DNA of 63,722 nucleotides, filler included. It is 13 parts of 13 records of this genome, joined end to end, with 100 filler letters (N's around TTAATTAATTAA, not from the genome) between each part and the next. Parts side by side here need not be neighbours in the genome. Positions count along the whole stretch, not along the records: positions 1 to 4,877 come from SRR7504441_10825; positions 4,978 to 9,564 come from SRR7504441_10830; positions 9,665 to 16,802 come from SRR7504441_10832; 10 more parts are not named here. One strand, written 5' to 3'. How positions within the stretch are numbered: position 1 is the stretch's first letter; the number at the start of each line of letters is the position of its first letter. A program made the translations under genes and the position numbers. The notes below the pieces were generated by a model that was not told the DNA's origin, searched no databases, and saw only the letters and a list, made by a program, of their open reading frames with translations. Of the stretch, positions 1 through 16,902 are shown piece by piece.

Positions 1-1
1 G

Positions 2-4877
<4,876 letters not shown>

Positions 4878-4977
4878 NNNNNNNNNNNNNNNNNNNNNNN
4901 NNNNNNNNNNNNNNNNNNNNNTTAATTAATTAANNNNNNNNNNNNNNNNNNNNNNNNNNNNNNNNNNNNNNNNNNNN
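4878..4977. other. Artificial contig linker (N-run + TTAATTAATTAA + N-run), first of 12
   Basis: Identical 100-nt spacer with stops in all six frames at 4878-4977, 9565-9664, 16803-16902, 22354-22453, 25954-26053, 31192-31291, 34760-34859, 37867-37966, 42879-42978, 46275-46374, 50038-50137 and 60353-60452. Genes are cut off at these points. Confidence 0.98.
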
Positions 4978-5469
4978 GGGGGGGGGGGGCACCGCGTAGA
5001 TCCAGGCCTGGTCGTTGGTTGGGTTGGGCTTGAGCTCGTACTCGGGGTAGATGAAATGGTTGAGCCGGATCTTCCGGGTCTTGTCGACGCGGAGCAACAC
5101 CCGCACTTTGCCGTTCTCCTTATTCTTGAGGATCTTAATGTCCCCCTTGCCGCGCTCCTTCCAGCACTGCTCGCCCTTCACGTCCGCCCCGAACCGGAAG
5201 ACCTTGGCCCGCCTGTGTCGCCCAGTGAGTCGACAACCGGGCGGCCGGCCGCACGATTTGTACAAGACGTCCTCGTCGTCCTCGCCGGAGCACACCTGCT
5301 GCAGCGAGAGCTGGACCAGCGGCTGGAACTCGGCCCCGCACTCCTCCTCCAGAGTCTCGCCCGCATCGCCGCCGTCGTCGGCCTCCTCCTCGGCTGTCGC
5401 GTTAGTGTTGGCCGCCGGCACCGCGAACAAACCGCCCTCCGCGGGCTGGATATTGCCAAAGAGGCTCAT
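4978..5469 (-). CDS. RANBP1: Ran-binding protein 1 (RanBD domain), 3'-partial
   Basis: Motifs [39 protein letters not shown] and KIRLNH. Removing the in-frame 42-nt GT-AG intron at 5213-5254 restores the consensus. Confidence 0.9.
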
Positions 5470-5936
5470 CTCCTCGGCTTGGTTCGAATGTGCCGCCGGG
5501 CCGGTCTCGAGCTTGGGTTTGGCAACGGAAGATTGCCGAAAGCTCCAAGTCAGTCCTGGCGAGAATGCACGTCCGCCGGGACAAATAGACGCGGCCGTGA
5601 CTCGAGCGCGTTCATGAAGCTCACGGTACTAATTGGCCGGTCCAGCTTGTTGGCCGCATCATGTTAGAAGACTTTGTCGATCTCACGCCCCGTCGGGGCT
5701 CGTGTACCCCGCGTATCCGCGCTTGAATCCATGTACAGTCATGCTTGAATCAAGCTTGAATACCGCCCCAGCCGCGCACCACTGTCACTTGGGCCGCTCC
5801 TGCTGCGAGGCCGTGAGAGTTCAAGTAGTGAGAGCGACCCAAGGATTACCCAAGGATACATGTAGTGCTTGCCGCCCTGCTACCGCCCTGCCCGGCCTGT
5901 CCGGTACCTGAAGCTTCTTCAACGGCGGCCACCGAA

Positions 5937-7153
5937 ATGCGGCAGCAGAGCGTCACAGCGGGAATTGCGGCGCTCGTGCTGGGGGTGGCAATGGCCACCG
6001 ACGCGCCCACCGACATGCCCACGAGTGGGCCACGGTGCGGCGGGTACGACCAGTCGTGCTACATGCTGACGGTGACCGACGTCTGGAGCTCGACTGTGGG
6101 CAAGAACGCGGCAAGGCTGGCGGCCGCCGCGATCGTCGGGATGGTGGTCGGGATCCAGCGCGAGTTCGGGTACCTGCTCAACCGGTTCATGCTCAAGATG
6201 AAGATCACCGAGGCCCGTGAGCTCGCCCGCAAGAGTCGGCTGGCCGGCAGCGGGCTCCAGACCCACAGTGAGTCGCTGGCCGGCCCGGCTGACTGGCGGC
6301 CAGTGCTGGTGGCGATCGGGTCGTGCCTGTTCACCTTGGTCTCCAGCCAGGGCTTCGCCAAGAACCTGCCGTACAGCCTGGGCAACGTGGTGGGCGACCA
6401 GTCCCGGATCGCGGCCGCGGTGGTGACTGGGGTGGGTTTCCTCGGGGCCGGGAGCATCATCAAGGAGGGGGGCAAGATCCGGGGGCTGGCCAGCGCCGCG
6501 TCCATCTGGGTGACGGCGGCGCTCGGGATGGCAGCCGGTGTGGGCGACCAGAACCACCGCAAGTACTGGCTGGAGACAATGATGTCACTTGGAATTGTGG
6601 TAGTCACACTCCAGTTCCTCGGGGTGATCGAGCACGCGGTGCACAACCATTTCCAGCGGGTGACCAAGGACGTGCTCGAGTGCTGCTGTGTGTTTGACCT
6701 GGGATCGATGGCTGATGGGGCCGCTTCAGAGGAGGCTATCGCTGACTTCGTGGTGAGTGCTTGCCTGCCGCGGGGGTGACCGGGCGCAGGACAAGGTGAT
6801 GGTGCTCACCGCGGACGAGATCGGAGCGGTGACTGACGCGAGCACCTGTGTCCGGCACGAGGATGGCGCGGTCCAGCTCGAGCACACAATGGTGGCCGAG
6901 GTGCGCCTGGAGCTTGACTCGCCGTCGGTCAAGTTCGCGCTGCTGATGCAGAGCTTGCCCGGGTTCGTCAGGGCCTCGACCAGGCGCGCGGCGGCCGGGG
7001 CCTGCTGAGTTGCTGGGCAGCCTGGGGGCCACCAGGAGGCGCGTGGGCAGGAAGCAGAGCGAGCAGTACGGAGCCGTGGCGCCGGTGCACGAGCTGCAGA
7101 CGCCTACTAGTCTCAAGGTGGACACACACGGGAGCAGCGAGCGGCTAATCTGA
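5937..7153 (+). CDS. MgtC/SapB-family membrane protein with signal-peptide-like N-terminus
   Basis: Motifs GLQTHMLVAIGSCLF (after removing intron 6268-6303) and RIAAAVVTGVGFLGAGSII...GLASAASIWVTAALGMAAG. Further introns at 6753-6789 (GT-AG) and 6984-7020 (GC-AG). Stop at 7151-7153. Confidence 0.85.
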
Positions 7154-7507
7154 GATCTAGAGACTTATGGTGCCACCTACACTATGCGTACGCTCAAGCG
7201 AATGCAACGTGGATCGATTATGTTGGATTACGTAGATTTTTCGTTTTAGTTGGCCTTAAATGTTACGTTGTGCACAGCTGCAGCTGTCGCTGTTGCAATT
7301 AAGCTGTTGTGAGCAGCTCTTACTTAAACAGGCGTGTGATCATGAGCATGGCCGTGCTTACATGGATCGAGCAGTTGTGCCCAGCCCAGAGCTAATACTA
7401 TTAATGGAATCCGGCAGATGGCTGCTTGAGCCGATGTCAACCGACTACACGTACGAGATAGTTGTCAGATAATTGGTGCGTGCAGGATTCCTTAACGACG
7501 AATCGCG

Positions 7508-9318
7508 TCATGCACTACTGCTGGCATCGACTTCCCCTGTGCAGATGCTCATCGATAGCACAGCCGTTATGGGCTAGCTGGCTCACCGGGCTGGTGCGCT
7601 TTATCCTTGGTCTGACCAAGCTCGTTAATGACCCGGGCGAGGCTCGGCTTGATCTCAGCCGGCGGCGGGAATTTCCTGTGCACAAGCCGGTTAGTCTGAA
7701 GGTCTCTCTAGCGAGCACCTGTCCCACTCATCCCGGCAGCTCCTGTACTTCTGCAGGTGGGTTCTAACCTGCTCTGCGCTCCGTGAACCGACTGCTTCGG
7801 CCACCGCCAGATGCAGAGCGGCTGTGTCAATCGGCCCGTCATACCCGAACTTGACTAGAGATTCAACAAATGCCTGGTGCTCTGTTGGGCTCCAGTATCT
7901 CGGCTTGTCTATCGGCCTCTCGGGCTGTCCATCAGGCTGACCAGCGCGCATCTCCCACTCGGCAGGGGCCTGCACGCCGCACTCCAGACGCCCCGCCTCC
8001 GCGGTCGTATCCGCGAGGTGCTCCTCAGCAGCCGCCACTGCCGCCCGGGCTTGCATATCCTTCTCCACAGCGGCGTTGTATGTTGCCAGCGCAGCCTGGT
8101 ATCCGGGATCCTCCCTGATCCAGCCGCCGGTCTCCAGCTGGTTGAATTGCCGCGGCCTCAGCTGCACTGGAGCGGCTGCGGCCGCGTCTAGTTCGGCGGC
8201 GGCGGCCTCTGCCTCATCCTGGCGTTGCTTTAGGGCCGCGCGGGCGGCGGTCGGTTGATCCTCCTCGAGCGGGTCAGTGTAGAATGCGTCGAGCATGCTT
8301 TCTAGCGCCGCCTGCGAGCCGACCATCCCAGGCTCGCACGCGACTGCCGGGGCGGCCAGCCGACAGGCCGCCTGGATGTCGGGGCGCTCTGGCCTCAGGG
8401 CCAGCCGGGCGTTGAGCAGTGGTGTGTTCTGAGCCCTTGCCTGCGCCAGCGGAAGCATCCTCAACCTGCAGGGCCTAGTCAGCAGGCCCGATGACCGGCT
8501 CACCAGAGCGCGTCGCTCTCTCGGGCCGCCGTGGCGAACCGCTTGCAGATCAGGCTCGCCAGCCATATCACCTGGGCTCCGCGGTCTCTAGCAGTTCGCA
8601 TCAGCGCCAGCAGCACGCCAGCGGTGAGCGATTGGTCGAGCGGCCAGCTGCCGGCCGGCCTGCGCTGCTTCTTGGCCCGATGGGTCTGGCAGAACCCGTA
8701 TCCGCCCTGCACAGCTTGGTCCAGGCAGCCGCGCTTCCTGCAGAGCCGGGCCGCGGTCTTCCTCAGGTGGGTGCTAGTGTCTCTGTGATTGATGGCGAGT
8801 GCCTCGGCCCTCAGCTGGGCGAGCAGCGCGCTGGAGTCGATCCGGCTCGCGCTAGGGTTGCAACCGGCGCACTGGTACGGGGGCTGGGCAGTGGCGTAGG
8901 CTGAGGCGTTGCAGCCGGCACAGGCGACCACTGGTACGAACTTGATCTCCCGCAGCCCGGTGTCGAGGCCCTGATAAAGGACCGGCTGGCTTACCGCCGC
9001 CGCCCGCAGCCGCTCGCGGATCAGCGCCGGGCGGTTGGTGGCCTGTGGCCCGCTGAGCAGCTGGATCAGAACCAGCCCCTCCTCGGCCGGTGGTACGAGT
9101 CCGCCGTCGGCACCCGTCTGGAAGGCTCGACGGGGCGCCGGCTGCTCCGTGGCGTGATCATCGCCGGAGCCTGGGCACCCCCGGTAGCTCTGCACGAGGG
9201 AGACCTGCCTCGTCATCTCGCCGGCCTCTGGGGGCGTCGGCATGGGGACTATAGCCCCGAGGTCATCGAGGGACAGCTGCGTGCTACCCGCATGCACAGA
9301 GGAGGTGCTCGCCGGCAT
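7508..9318 (-). CDS. Putative transcriptional regulator: Cys/His zinc-finger-like motifs + F-box-like motif + SHAQKY-class Myb domain
   Basis: CRKRGCLDQAVQGGYGFCQTH; SLICKRFATAARESDALW; intron 8466-8503; Myb repeat WSPTEHQAFVESLVKFG...VGSRSAEQVRTHLQKY. Two more short introns are inferred near 7550-7720. Confidence 0.6.
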
Positions 9319-9664
9319 GGCTCTTCAGCCCCGGTTGCGAGCTCCGTTCCCGGCCCCGACCATCGTCCGTTAGTCGGCAGCCACCCGGCACAGGCCGCCT
9401 TGAACAAACCACACCCGACGCCCCACCTCCGTGCTTGTCGGCCGTTGAGAACTCAGGCTGTTGTTTGGCCGGAAGTCATTGGCCACCAAACGCTGAATCC
9501 GCGCTCTGGGGGCAGTCCATCGCGTTGGTAGAGACGAGTGTCGCCGGTCCGCTGCACCAGAATGNNNNNNNNNNNNNNNNNNNNNNNNNNNNNNNNNNNN
9601 NNNNNNNNTTAATTAATTAANNNNNNNNNNNNNNNNNNNNNNNNNNNNNNNNNNNNNNNNNNNN

Positions 9665-12600
9665 CGCGCCGGTCAGACTTGGCCATGCATGTCAAGTACG
9701 GCAGGATCACACGCAACATCAACACCGATGCCAGGTGGCAATCTAATGATCTGACAAGCTCTTAACATTGTGTGCGCAGATTCATAAGTCGGGCGTTCCA
9801 GTTCTTCGACACTGACAATGAGCGAGTGCTGGACTTGGCCCACTTTGCCACTGGAGTTGCCAAGCTGTCCTCGACTGTGGCCTCGGATCAGGCTGAGCTG
9901 CTCTTCTTCCTGACTGACCTCAACAACGACCAGGTCCTGTCTTTGGGTGAGGTGAGTCAATTCACACTTGAGTTTGTCGAGTTTTTCTGCAAGCTGGTCC
10001 AGAACACGCTGGACGCCGAGCATCAGGCACTGGTCGACTCCGGGTACTCGAGCAAGCACATAATTAACCAGCTGGCCACAGTCCAGGCGTTCCTCGATGA
10101 TATCGACAGCGTGGTTTCAGAGCAGGTGGCTGAGACATTCAAACTGCTCGATCTCAACGAGGACAAGGCTGTGTCGCGCGACGAGTGGATGGGCCAAGTG
10201 AACGCTATGCCCAAGTTCTACAACAAGCTACGCAACATGTGTGTTGCTGTCCTGGCTGAACAGCCAGTCTTCCTGTTTGCCCAACTGGAGGGCCAATCCT
10301 CGATTGCAGCTTTGGAGCAGCTAAAAGGGCTCGGGATTGAAGACAAGTCGGCTCTGGTGCGCCTAGCAGCCGAAGAGGGGCTCACCAGCCATGCTGTGCA
10401 GGTGGTGGTGGATCTGTATCAGCATTTTGGTTCCAAAGACATGAGCTCTCACTTCCCAGGATTGTCTGAGAAGGGCTTCTACAAGGCTATACTAATGGGC
10501 CTGGCCTTGGGCTTCATAGGCCCGGCTGTTGCTGAGCCAGAAGAGCGCTCCAACGCCATCAAAGCCAGTTCTATGTTGCTCGCTGGAATTGATGTCGACA
10601 GTGGATCAAACCTGCTTGCACGGGCATTTGCCCAGTGTGCGGGCACCTCTGTGAAAGCTATCTCCCTGACCCAGTTCGGCAGCTTCTATGCAAAAGTAGC
10701 TTCAGAGATGGACAGCACTGGCCAGCAAACCATGATTGCTAAGATTTTGGGCTGGCAGCAAGGAGCCATAGTTGGCAGACAGCCAGCTCGCCAGGCAGTG
10801 GGCAATGTGACTGAGTGCCAGAAGATGCTAGTTCAGCTGTGGTCGAATGCGCTTCGCTATGGATATAACGAGGCCTCCCTTGCTCAAGGGCTCACACCTA
10901 CAACCATGCATATGAGGATTGCGGCTCTCCGGCACTCAGTGAAGAACAGTGTCGAGAGTCATATGGCCCAGCTGTCCACGGGAGGATTCATACATGGAGA
11001 CAAGGGAGTGTTGTTCAGGGACTATCAGTCTTGTGAAGGTGCCGTGTTTGAACAGCTTGGTCGCGCCTTCTGCAACAGTCTGTCTGGATGTGATAGTCTC
11101 GTAGTCGACACCTCATGCATTGCTGGGGAAGGATGCCCGGAGCTATTTGATGTGGATTTGACCCTGGAGCAGAAAACATGTCTTCAAGAGCTATTCGCCC
11201 ACCATGCTGAGGACAAAGTGCTTCGTGTCGATAGCTTTAACATGTTGCTAGTCGAGGCGTTCAGCTACTCTCTGCTTAGACACCGTACTCTCGACACAGA
11301 GGCTGTTACCTGGCTGCGCGCGCAGATCAGCAGTGGAGCCATGCTTTCAGAACTGGATTTTACCTCGCCGCTATTTTATCGGTCATGGGAATGGTTCGAC
11401 GAAGACGCAAAAGGTTTTGTTGACCTTGCAGACCTCGGCTCCAAGATCAGTGCCATATCCTCCACTGATAATGCCGCCAGCAGCAAGTTTTTGTTCTTCC
11501 TGTCAGACCTTAACGACAATGGCAGCATCTCGGAGGAAGAGATGTTGGCTGTCTACAAGCACTTCTTCGAGCTCTATGGTACTCTATCCAAGAACATTCT
11601 GCAATGCGATGGACAGAGGCTGGTAGAATCGGGGATGCCCTCTTCCGAGCTCGATCAGCGGCTCAAGTATATCGCAGATTCGACGCAAGAGATCGAAGAA
11701 AGCATGTTTTCCGAGATGCTCTCTGCTTTCGAGGTTCTGGATCGTAACCGGGACCGAAGGATAGACTACAACGAATGGTCATCGGCCAGAAGTGAGCTAC
11801 CAAAGGTGATCTTGCTTACCCCGTGTGGCTCAGACTGTGGCAGGTTTACAATAAGCTCCAAGTGATGGTCGAAGGTATGCTGCGCAACACCGAGCGCACA
11901 AGCAGCTCTTGCACCCAGAACCACCCAATCACCATCACCGTGAAGGCTCGACAAATAGTTCTTGGTATGGGATTCTCAGATGAAGACACTGCTACGATTG
12001 TTGACATGTGGATGAACTATTCTGATAGTGGTAGAGTCATGAGCGACCACAGTTTCTACGAACTCCTTGTTGAAGGCTTTGCAAGAGCTTTCTGTAGCTC
12101 TCAGGACCAGAGTCTTCCACACGCGCTACGGTACACATGGACTATTGTGTCGTAATTCATTTTGCCTTTTAGGTATGCAGCAAAAAGTGGGGCACTGACG
12201 GATGGACTTGACTTGTCCATATCCATCTTTTGGCGCACCTTTGAGTTCTTCGACAAACGATCCGACGGGGTATCATCCTGTAGTGCTCCGACTGTCGACC
12301 CCTGAGCTAGTGTGGGCAGGCGCTTGATCTGCAGGCATTTGCAACTGGGATACGGACAGTTGTACTGTCTAGCCCAGAAGAGCGGATGGATTTTATTTTC
12401 TTCCTGATCGATCAAGACAACAACGGATACCTTGACGAGGCAGAAGTGCTCAAGGTTATGAAGGAGTTCAGCGTCCTGTTTGCTCAACTGGCGATTAATG
12501 TCGTGAAGGTCCTCCTCCTGTGTCGCCTAACACTTACCTCTGGTTGCTTACAGACAGAGACTCCCCTGCTTATCAGTCAGGGGGTTTCGTACCCTGCAGT

Positions 12601-15331
12601 GCACTCGATGCTGGATTTCCTAGAGCAGAAGCTGATCGATGCCAATGGCCACGCTGTAAAGCAGTTTGAGGAGACTTTCGGTGCTCTCGACCGCGACCAC
12701 GACAACCAAATTTCTGTCGACGAATGGAACACATGGCAGCACTGTCTCCCGGAGTGCTATGCTCATTTGAAGCTCATGTTTGGCGGAATCATCCGGTAAT
12801 CGCCTAGAACTGAACTCAGAAGCTCAGATTGGTCTGGTACAGGAAGCTCGATGATTCTGTTATCCACTTCGACAAGTTGACTCCCGTGTGCCTCGACACA
12901 CTGGCGGCAGCATACAACCTGTCGCTGTCAGAAGAGGAGCTCGCAAGAGCTGTCGACTTGTTCGATGCGCATTCTGGGCCTACTGGAATGGAGCAGGAGG
13001 ACTTCGATAAATTCCTGCTCGAGGTCCTAGGCTATAGCTTCCTGTGTCGCAGGCGCTCGCCGGCTGCTCTGCGGCACCTTCGAAAGTGTGCCCTTGATGG
13101 CCGCCTTACTGTGCCGGATGACGACGTTGGGTTTTTCAAGCGTGCCTGGAACTACTTCTCCCCTGCAGGGAGGGCATTGTCGCTTGAGGAGTTTGCACGT
13201 GGCTTAGCGCGAACCTGCAGCACCGATGTGGACATGCGTCGACAGTTCCTCTTCTACATGATCTCGACCGACTCAGCTAACATTACCACATCTGTCATGC
13301 GCGAGTTCCTCATGCGGCTGGTGCTGATGCGCGGCGCGATACAAATACAAGTTGTTCATGCCGAGCGGCCGTTCCTGATGCACATGGGGGTCCCGGGGGG
13401 AGCAATAACAAGGCAAACTGCACAGGTGAGCCAGACTGATCGGCGCAGGCTGATTGTGGGGACTGAATAGGTGGCTGAGATGATGCTCTCTGCATCCGAG
13501 CTGGTGGAAGAGCAGGTCGATGACGTCATTCGGCTTCTGGATGCTGATTATGACAATGCTGTCTCCGCAAATGAGTTGAGCCAGGCTGTGGAGCTGCCTG
13601 CGATACTGGCGTTGTTTGATCAGATGCTGGTGGCTGTGCTGCACGATATTCCAAGGGAGCCCAGTCCACTGTTGAGTGGCAACGATGCCCCAGGAAGCGC
13701 GCTGGCACTGGTGGGTCTGGGCCTGTCTCAGAGTGAAATGCTGCGCATCAGCGATCTGTTTGCTGCACACTCCGTGGATGGGCTTATGGACCGCAGGCGA
13801 TTTGATGATATGATTCTGGAAGGTCTAGCATATAGCTTTATTTCCAGGAGCCACGACGACTCCTGCCGGATGTACCTCCGGCTCTGCATCGCCAATGGCA
13901 AGCTACGGCGTGGAGTCGACACCTCCTCGCCTATCTTTTGGCGATCGTTCGAGTACTTTGATGCAGACGGGAACCAGGCCATTACCTTACGAGAGCTCGG
14001 GTCAGGAATGGCGCGTGCCTACAAAGGCGAGCCAGCTGCACGCGCGTCTTATCTGCACTTCATAACGGACATAAATAATAATGGAGAGCTCACGTATGAT
14101 GAAGTCATTGAGTTTTTCCGGTACTTTGCGGAGCTTTTTGCTGCGCTGGGATCCAACACGCTCAGTGTGGAGAGGCCCCACCTGCTCAGACAGGGGGTTG
14201 CACCTGAGGTTCTGGATCGCCAGATAGATAACATGAAGACGCAGCTGCTCTGCTCCGACGCCTATATTCAGGAAACGACAAGGCAGACATTTGCCGACTT
14301 TGACAAGAATAGAGACGCCCGAATTAATCACGACGAATGGGTGAACAATGTGGACAAGCTGCCAAAGCTCTACATGAAGCTCTCCAACATGTTCTCAAGC
14401 ATCATGCAATGCGAAGCTCCGGTGTTTCCTCAGATCGAGCAAGAGCTCGTGAACCATGAATTGATGACTCCAGAGCTGCGAGGCCTCGGGTTGACCCAAC
14501 AGCGGGCCTCGACTGTGCTCGATTTGTGGGAGACATACTCGACATCAAACCAAATGTCGCCAGCTCAACTGAACGCCTGCTTGTGCGAGTGCTTTGCCAG
14601 GCACTTTGTCTCAAGTTTCTCTGCGTGCACAATGGAAGCAGAAGAAGCGCTCATCACCCACCAGTTAGTCACACTGAGGGATGGTCAATGGGCTGAGCTC
14701 CGGGAATGGAGCTGTTCTGGCAGCCTCAGCAAAGGTTTTGACCCGGCGAGCATGGCGCTCCTCGGTCGCATCTGGCAGTTTTTTGATACACACCACGTCC
14801 GGAAATTGGATTTGAGGTCCTTTGGGATTGGGATCTCCAAAATATGTTCATCCAAGTTCACGACCATAGCACAGTTTCTGTTCTTCCTGACGGATACCAG
14901 CGGCACGGGCCTGCTCGGGCAGGATTCGCTCGAGACGTTCACCACTTCCTTGACCAAACTACGGCTGCAGCTCCACCTGAACCTGCTGGAGGTATGTTAT
15001 TGCTTGCTGGTGCCAGTGCTGAGCTATTGGTCAGGTGGCAACAACCGATTTACTAAAGCAGGGCATGGAGCAACATATGGTGCAGCAGGCCACTCAGGTG
15101 CTGAGTGAGCGGTTGAAGAACGTGCAGCAGGTGGCAGAGGAGACTGTAGTAGAAATGTGCAAGCTGTTAGGCCGTGACAATGCAGACTCCATTACATTTG
15201 GAGAGTTTATGCACGAGGGCGCGGTGTTCAGCAGACTGCCGGTAGTGTATCAAGAGATACATCTAATGTGCAAGCATGTATTACGTGACGTGCGAAACGG
15301 TGTTCCAAGCAGTTACGAAATGTACGTATAA
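9665..15331 (+). CDS. Giant multi-EF-hand protein made of tandem NCS/calcineurin-B-like modules; 5'-partial, multi-intron
   Basis: Repeated R.F.FFD.D...(EF)...FLFFL.D.N.NG motifs (DLNNDQVLS, DLNDNGSIS, DQDNNGYLD, DINNNGELT, DRNRDRRID, DKNRDARIN). ORFs 9772, 11823, 12386, 12829, 13471 and 15035 are joined by about 38-50-nt GT-AG introns. Confidence 0.8.
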
Positions 15332-15555
15332 TGCGCAGTCGGTACCACCGTCAACGCAAGCATAATAGTCATAAAATAGGGTTCACTTAAAATTAAAAAT
15401 ATCGATTCATTTGATCAATACTTGTAGATGATCCTTCAACTCTAATCTTGATTTAAATAGCCGTAATTACTCGTACGAAAGCATACATGTAATGATTAAT
15501 AATCATCATAATTACAATTATACATTGGTTATACGTCAGTGGATCACAATACTAC

Positions 15556-16753
15556 TCAACTGATTGAACAGCCATTGCACGACTCGCTTTCACTATCAAT
15601 ACCCACGCTTGAGTCGGCTTTGAAGCCTCTTGGAGAACTGAATAGCATCTGGCTAGTTGCATACTGCACTGCACGGCTATTCTCTTTTATGGCTGCAATC
15701 TGCACCTTGCGGTCTGCACGCAAGGCATTTGAAGCGTACTGGAGGGCCAGACCGTTCTGTTTGACAGCAGTCAGCGCTATCTGCTTGTCATCTCTCAGCT
15801 GCTCGGAAGCGTGCTCCAGTGCATTGCCGTCATTCCGCACCGCGGCAAGCACAACCTCCCTATCAGCCCGGAGATCTATGCTCCCCAGCCTGAGCGCCAG
15901 CCCGCAGCTGGAAACCGCAGCCATCAGCACGGCCTTGTCGCTCCTCATGGCCTCGGATGCGTACCACAGCGCGTTCCCATCGCTCCGGACCGCAGTAGTC
16001 ACCACCTCCCGGTCACTTCGCAGGCTCTCTTCAGCATACGCCAGAGCAAGCCCGTTTTGGTGGACTGCCGTGGTCACGACCTCCCGATCGGCCCGCCATT
16101 CTTCTTGGGCAAAGGCCAGCGCGAAGCCGTCCTCGACCACCGCGCTGAGCACTTCCTGATGTAGGACCAGCCCCGTCCCTCCGGTTGGGGACATCCACCA
16201 CCGGCCGAGTGTGCTCCGCCTCCTGATCCGGCGCAGGCCGTTGGTAGACATTCCGTCCGGGGGCGACCGGCTCTCTTGGGCGGGCCTGTTGCGCGCCTCG
16301 TCCCTACGCTCGCGGGGGAGGCTGGGCTCCCCGTCCCTAAGCTCTTGGGGGGGGCTGTTGAGCGCCGCGTCATCTAGGGGAAACACGCCAGCGAACGGCT
16401 CGTCCGCGGGCTGGTCTATCAAGCGCAGGAAGTGCTCGTCGGTGCTCGTCCACGTCGAGCTCTCGCTGGTGGTCGGGATGGGGCAAGGGTCGCTCGCCCG
16501 CCTGAATCGGCTAAGCGGGTTGGGGCTGGCCTGCTCCGGCGTGGGGATGGCCCGGGAGGGTGAGCTCTTGGTCGCTTGATCGATCGCCCTATTGGCTTGT
16601 GTTATCTGGGAGATGATGGTCTGGACCGACGGGTGAGGCCGATTCGGGCTCTCTGGCGCGGACATGCGCCTGATGAGATAAGGCGGGCGTCTCTTCGCGC
16701 TCGAGTCCGTTGTGACGCCAACGGAACGGAGAGCTGATGCAGCTCTCGACATG
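15556..16753 (-). CDS. DUF4116-type repeat protein with low-complexity N-terminus
   Basis: Six about 25-aa repeats of the form DREVVLAAVRNDGNALEHASEQLR. The start codon is uncertain. Confidence 0.8.
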
Positions 16754-16902
16754 GCCTCCTTTGCTTTTGCTAAGTCCGGCACTCACTGCGCCCATGGCGG
16801 CCNNNNNNNNNNNNNNNNNNNNNNNNNNNNNNNNNNNNNNNNNNNNTTAATTAATTAANNNNNNNNNNNNNNNNNNNNNNNNNNNNNNNNNNNNNNNNNN
16901 NN

